A stretch of 55,081 nt of DNA, counting the filler, from Bipalium vagum (taxonomy: Eukaryota): the NCBI GenBank assembly GCA_037834085.1. It is 3 parts of 3 records of this genome, joined end to end, with 100 filler letters (N's around TTAATTAATTAA, not from the genome) between each part and the next. Parts side by side here need not be neighbours in the genome. Positions count along the whole stretch, not along the records: positions 35,406 to 55,081 come from JBBMKC010270322.1; 2 more parts are not named here. The stretch is one strand, 5' to 3'. The notes below the pieces were generated by a model. That model was given only the letters and a program-made list of their open reading frames with translations. It did not search any database and was not told the origin of the DNA. The position numbers and the translations under genes are program-made. Positions 49,270 through 55,081 of the stretch are shown here, piece after piece. Numbering within the stretch: the stretch's first letter is position 1; each line of letters starts with the position of its first letter.

Positions 49270-50766
49270 ATGAGTAACGATCTTATTGAATGCGCAATTT
49301 GCTATGCAACAGCAAACATTTTAAAATCTGCCACCATACAACATTGTCAACACTCGTTTTGTTGCAAATGCATCAAATCTTGGATTTTAATTAACAGAAC
49401 ATGTCCAATGGACCGATCTCCAATTAAAGCCATAACATTTTACAATTCCAATAGGGAAATGATTGTTAATAGAAGTTGTGAATTTTTTATGGATTATATG
49501 ATCATAAAGGAAAACAAAAATGGAATTTCTGAATTAACTTTAAAAGCCATTAAAATAATATACATTGCTCTGTCATTTCATGATTATTACAAAGATCAGT
49601 TGAAACCACTCTTGGAAGGCTTATATCTAAGAAACACAAGTTTATTACAAACGACAGAAAAATTATGTGAAGGATACAAAAATATAACGAAATTGGAAAG
49701 AAGTATGTTTACCATGATTATTGAGTCTTGGCAGCATTCAGATAAATTATCAAAGACAATATGCATGATTTTAAATTTTCGTAAGAAAAACAGTTATAAT
49801 AATGATAATAGTCATGATAATATAACTACTGATCTAATTCTCACTGTTCAAACTGTTGACAGACTTACAAATCATCTAGAATACTTATGTGAAATATCCA
49901 ACCCCTTATCAGCTATCATAGAATTCATTAATGACAATTCTAAATTTCAAATGGATTCAGAATTTGTTAAAAGGGTAATCATGTTAAGATTGAATAGCTT
50001 AGACATAAGATTTTCTATAATTCATAAAACTATAGTAATAATAAAATCACTGTTGTTACAATTGATCGAATTAGAAGGTTCATCACAAATTAATGAGCTT
50101 TTCAAAGATCTCAATAATAAATGCCAGGTCTGCCAGACTGAACTGACGGGCAAAAACAAAATTCAATGTGAGTCTTGTTCGAAGGGTCTGTGTGCACCTT
50201 GTTTCAATTCTTACTTTATTACAAGTCAAAAGTGTCTGTTTAATTGCACTACCGAGTCTCGCTTGGCAGTCACAAATGACAATCTTTGCGAAGAGGTTGT
50301 TTATTATGATTATGGAAATAGGTTTTTAGGAATGCTCGAACAACTTTTGATTGATTTTTTACGATGCGAACTGTTATCCATAAAGTTCCTTCTACAAATC
50401 AATGTGAACAACGTATATGACTGTATTGAAAAAGAATTGAATAGTTTATACGTATATAATTTTAATGTGATTCTTAGTTATAAATTTCATTTTCTTGGAG
50501 AAATCAATGGTTTTCTACCCACCTATGAACCGGAAATAAAACAAATGGAAAAGATTTCCAAAAAGTTGTATATTCTCTTTCTTTCGTTTTCCAAACATAA
50601 TTCTTGGACGATGTCAGTTGCCAAAAGAATATGTGATTTGAAGAAAACCATAAAGATTTGTGACCAGCTGACCGTCGAACATTTTCAAGATATTACACGA
50701 GAAATAAAGGAGAAATGTCAAAATTCTATTGTAGAATTACAATCTCAAATTCTAAATGATTTATAA
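49270..50766 (+). CDS. Intronless RING-finger protein (C3HC3D RING plus second 8-Cys zinc finger), putative E3 ubiquitin ligase
   Basis: ATG at 49270 aligns with the paralog's start. C-x2-C-x14-C-x-H-x2-C-x2-C-x10-CPMDR at 49291-49416; C-x2-C-x11-C-x2-C-x4-C-x2-C-x10-C-x3-C at 50122-50247. Confidence 0.85.
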   Translation: MSNDLIECAICYATANILKSATIQHCQHSFCCKCIKSWILINRTCPMDRSPIKAITFYNSNREMIVNRSCEFFMDYMIIKENKNGISELTLKAIKIIYIALSFHDYYKDQLKPLLEGLYLRNTSLLQTTEKLCEGYKNITKLERSMFTMIIESWQHSDKLSKTICMILNFRKKNSYNNDNSHDNITTDLILTVQTVDRLTNHLEYLCEISNPLSAIIEFINDNSKFQMDSEFVKRVIMLRLNSLDIRFSIIHKTIVIIKSLLLQLIELEGSSQINELFKDLNNKCQVCQTELTGKNKIQCESCSKGLCAPCFNSYFITSQKCLFNCTTESRLAVTNDNLCEEVVYYDYGNRFLGMLEQLLIDFLRCELLSIKFLLQINVNNVYDCIEKELNSLYVYNFNVILSYKFHFLGEINGFLPTYEPEIKQMEKISKKLYILFLSFSKHNSWTMSVAKRICDLKKTIKICDQLTVEHFQDITREIKEKCQNSIVELQSQILNDL

Positions 50767-51081
50767 CATGAAATAAATATTGCGATTTTTTCGAGAAATT
50801 TCTGGTTTGAAAATGTCATATTGAATAAAGATATAACTCAAAAATAAAAATCTGAATATAATTTTTTCTTGTCATACCGCATTTCTCTTATTATAAGGTA
50901 TCTCCGGTTAATAAGGCACCTAATAATTTTGTATGTTTATAACATATTTAAGGAACGCCCTGTTTATAAGGTACATTAAAGGTATATTAAAATATATTCA
51001 GTACTAAAATATTTTTATTATATATTGTAATTTAATTTAATTCTATCAATTATATATTTAAATTAATTAATATAAAATTAC

Positions 51082-51195
51082 TTAATATGATTAAATTAAT
51101 TAATATGATTAAATTAATTAATATGATTAAATTAATTAATATAATTAAATTAATTTATATGATTAAATTAATTAATATGATTAAATTAATTTATA
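51082..51195. repeat. AT-rich minisatellite, 18-bp unit (TTAATATGATTAAATTAA), about 6 copies
   Basis: Direct tandem repeats visible in the sequence. Confidence 0.8.
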
Positions 51196-51619
51196 TTAAT
51201 TACTAACTGTTTTAAAATTATTATGCACAAGAGAAATATAAATTAAAAACCAATTCATAAAAAAACACTGTTATTATTGCTGTTCAAATTCCAATAATTT
51301 CTTTTATAATATTGAATCATATTTTCATTTAGAAGCGTCTAATTAAAACAATTATTTATTTATATAACATTCAAAATTCAAGAAATTTGATGTTGAGTTT
51401 GTTTGTCAGTAATGCCAAAAACCAAAAAAATATAAGTTTGTTCGGTTTGCTAAATGTACTGCCCAGAAAGATTGCAATGAGCCCTAAGATATCATAAACT
51501 TAATTAATAATACCAATAATAATAAAAATGATAATGATAACAATAATATTCTTTAACGATAAAAGTATATGTTAATTATCGAGTACATTTATATATAATA
51601 ATATTAATTTAATATCACT

Positions 51620-52220
51620 CCCGTGATTACGTCAGACTGGAGATCTTTTTATAGACAGATGATTCAAGCTTAATTTTAACAATGGTCGAATTAAGGCGAC
51701 TGAAAATTAAGAGATTTGTAGATTGCTGTATTAAAACCATGACTGGCATGGGTGTGGAAAAGTCATGATGTAGTGTGGCATATGATGGGATGGCTTAACC
51801 GTTCCAGTTATTATTGATGGTTCATTAATTGATATACGATATCTTAATGAAATTAACCAAAAGCTCATAATTCCATGTACTTTAAAACAAAATCTTGAGC
51901 TGCAGCATGAAAATGCAAGAAGGAACATTGCAAAAAATAGTGACTGATACTTTGTGTGTCACAAATGTACCAGTACATCTGCGGTCAGTACGCTCTCATA
52001 ATATGTCATACGTGAGATTATCTTGGTTGATGTTTCCGAGAAAAATAGAGTCATATGGTAGATACAAAAGAACCAATGGTCAAAAGATTAATAGAGAACT
52101 AGGAACTAATGACACAAGAGAATTTTCAAAAAAATATTTTAAGAATGCCATAAATTTAATACATAATATTAATAAAAAATTAATTGGAATGCAGTCGCAA
52201 CAAAATTCTATTCATTAAAT
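51620..52220 (+). mobile_element. Degenerate Tc1 transposase remnant
   Basis: TDDS, HGCGKVMM*CGI and LQHENAR motifs with stops; boundaries approximate. Confidence 0.65.
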
Positions 52221-53131
52221 TGTTTCCTTAATTTCATCAGATAATAAAGAAATTTGTAAATAAAGTTTTGTAGAATTAATAAATTAAAAATTGAATTTCG
52301 ACTCTAGGTCATTTTTTTATATTTCAAAACTTGAGAATGATGTACAATGTTAGATCCATTATTTAACATAATTTCTGATCAGAAAAATAAAACATTGTAA
52401 AATAAAATGAATGTAAATAAAAGAATAAGATACGGTTAATAAAATTTGTTTAAATTCATTATACTTCCGCGCGAAATTTCAAATTGATGCCACAAAGTTT
52501 GTTTCAGATTTTTTAAAAAATCTCAATAGAATTTAGCAAAGACTTTCTTCAATATGAATTTTTTCTTATTGATACGCTACTTTGCAAAAATAAATCTGCT
52601 GTTTATGAACAATAAATGGCCGTACAATTGTCAGTTATTGATATTTTTTTTGAAATATACCGAAAATATTTAAGTGTTGCCTTATTTTAAAAGTTATAAA
52701 CAAAAATTTTTAGATTCATTTCCGGTTTAGTAATTCTAAGGATTCTGGATATTTGCTGAATGATTTCAATTAAAATAAAGTTAACCAGAGTCTATTAATT
52801 AATAGCGGAATCTTTCGTTTCTAGCTGATATATTTATTTTTTTATATATTGTTGTGTTTAATCAGGAAATACCTTTCAAAAACATGTTACAAATTATTCC
52901 TATTATACAGAATTAAGCTTTGACTTATTTTTATAATACTTTGTTTTTAAAAGTATAATTCATTTTTGAAATACCAATGTATTATGTAGTGTATTAAATT
53001 ATTGTGTAACTAAATTAATTTTAAAATATTTTAATGGCTTGATAAACTTAAAACAATTTCCGCAAATGAAAATAAAATCATTAATAATTGTTTAATTCCT
53101 TTTATCTAAGGATTTATATATTATAAGATTA

Positions 53132-54617
53132 ATGATCAGTGAGTATATTAATTGTGCAATTTGTTATGGATATGAAAACATTTTTGAATCTGTCATTATG
53201 CCTGATTGTAAACATTTATTTTGCTTAAAATGTTTCAAGTCTTGGATATTAATTAATCAAAAATGTCCATTGGATAGGTCACGAATAAAAGGAGTGACAT
53301 TTTACAATTCGAACGGAGAATTAGTTGCAAACGAAAGCTGTTATGTCTTCGTAGAGTATTTAGTTGCAATGGAAATTGAAAAAATTATTTCGGAATTAAT
53401 TTCAAAAGCCATTAAAATGATAAATATTATTTTATCATTTTGTGATTATAAAAATGAATTGAAGGCACTTTTGAAAGACTTAAATTTAGGAAGAGAGGGA
53501 TTGTTAAAAGTAAAACACCTGTGTAACGAATGGTACAAAAATATAATTAACTTAGAAAAGAGCATGGTTAATTTAGTTATGGATTCACGGAATCATTCAA
53601 ATACGTTGAAAAATAAAATGTCTTTAATATTAGACTTTGGTAAGAAAAATAAAATTAATAACGAAAATGAACATAGCCATGAGATAATTAACCTAATTAT
53701 CACAGCTCTCTATCTTGACAGTACCACAAATCATCTTGAGTTCCTAGGTAAAATATCTAGCGATATTTCAACTATTAAGGAATCAATTACAAAATATTCT
53801 ACATCTGAAATAAATTTTGAATGTTTTGAAAGGGCTGTTACTTTAGGACTTGATAGTTTAGGTGAAAGGTTCTTGATGATGAATGAAATAATCATAATTA
53901 TTAAGTCTTTATTATTACGACTTGTCAGATTACAAGGTTGGGACCAAATTAAATAATGTTTCACAGATCTCAAGAATGAATGTCAGCTATGTCAAATTGA
54001 TCTCATAGACAAAAACAAATTTGAATGTGATTCTTGTTCGAGAGAAATATGTGTATCTTGTTTTAATTCTAACATCATTAAGAAGAAAAACTGTTTATTT
54101 AACTGCACGAAAGAGAGCCAACTGGTAGCCAAAAATGATAATCTTTGCAACGAAGTTATTTGTGATGAAAACGGAATTAATTTCGATAAAATATTTCAAC
54201 AGTTTGTCATGAAGTATTTGAGCTGTCAACTTATTTCCATAAATGTCCTGCTAGACAACATATATGACCTAAAAACAATGTTTAAAACAAATGAATAATT
54301 TTTTCAGGATGATCAATTTTAAAATGGTATATAAATATAAATTTCAAGTCCTACCACGAATAAATGGTTCCCTTTCCAAGCATGGATCCGAAATAAGGGA
54401 CTTCAAAAATATTTCTAAAGAATTGTATTATCTGTATTTGTCAATATCAAATCATCATTGTACGACAGTGTTAGTTGCAAAGAAAATAAGTAACTTGAGC
54501 GACCTCATCAACGCCTGTTGTAAGTTGATGGTCTTTGAGTCATTTCAAGATATCCTTTTGGAAATAAAAGGAAAATGTCTAAATTTTACTACAGAATTGC
54601 AAAATGATCTCGCTTGA
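53132..54617 (+). pseudogene. Tandem paralog of the RING gene with in-frame TAA (53954-53956) and a +1 frameshift near 54265-54290
   Basis: Collinear with 49270-50766 from CAIC..CPLDR to ELQ..L. Homology continues past the stop (QIK*CFTDLKNECQLC versus QINELFKDLNNKCQVC) and resumes in another frame at about 54291. Confidence 0.8.
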
Positions 54618-55081
54618 CAAACGAGCATAAGTTTTACTCAGAATTTTGACATTGAAATAATAATTTGAGGTAACATATTCAGTTAAACGTAACTTATTAC
54701 AATTACTCCGAGTCAATTCTTCCCTGTCCAAAAATATTAATAACACTCAACGACCACTAATAAAAATCATTAGCAATTTCACAAATTAAAATTTTTATCA
54801 AACCTTTTAAGGTGCTCATTTCAATGATGATTTTTCAGTACTCCTACCAATTCGGCTGCAGACCTCTGTACATGTTACAAATGATTTAATAAATCATCTA
54901 ATAAGGTCAATGCTCTTTTCAGGATAATTAATTACCAGCGATGTCGGTTTATTACTAAATTAAAAAAACAATAAAATCTAGAATTACAGCACGGACATTA
55001 AATAATTATACAAGGTTCGGTCAATAAGTAATGCACAATATTTAATAAAACTTTTTATTAACAACATACAAAAATTAAACT

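Noticed and set aside
51082-51195. Regular repeat as a CRISPR-like array
   Set aside because: No unique spacers, eukaryotic context; it is a simple AT minisatellite.
53954-53956. TAA read as Glu/Gln (alternative genetic code or readthrough)
   Set aside because: Other genes in the window end at TAA, and a frameshift further downstream also disrupts this copy.

Overview
Very AT-rich, intron-containing eukaryotic (metazoan) draft scaffold, not prokaryotic DNA. Splice sites were traced by hand. It contains: (1) a group-I p21-activated kinase (PAK) gene with 9 coding exons (20590-31321, +); (2) the 3' 17 exons (2561 codons plus stop) of an apolipophorin/vitellogenin-type large lipid transfer protein (37470-48309, +), whose N-terminal domain is absent; (3) a tandem pair of intronless RING + 8-Cys zinc-finger genes, the second disrupted by a nonsense codon and a frameshift; (4) three orphan minus-strand genes in the first 12 kb; (5) many decayed transposons (mariner, Tc1, DD41D, pogo, MITEs, Gypsy pol), including a nested cluster at 6629-9291. 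Most introns are only 43-65 nt. Two of the five N-gaps are identical artificial spacers (44N-TTAATTAATTAA-44N), so gene adjacency across them is unreliable. No RNA genes or CRISPR arrays were seen. No clearly new biological system is demonstrable from sequence alone; the best candidates are the RING/Cys8 family and the orphan proteins.
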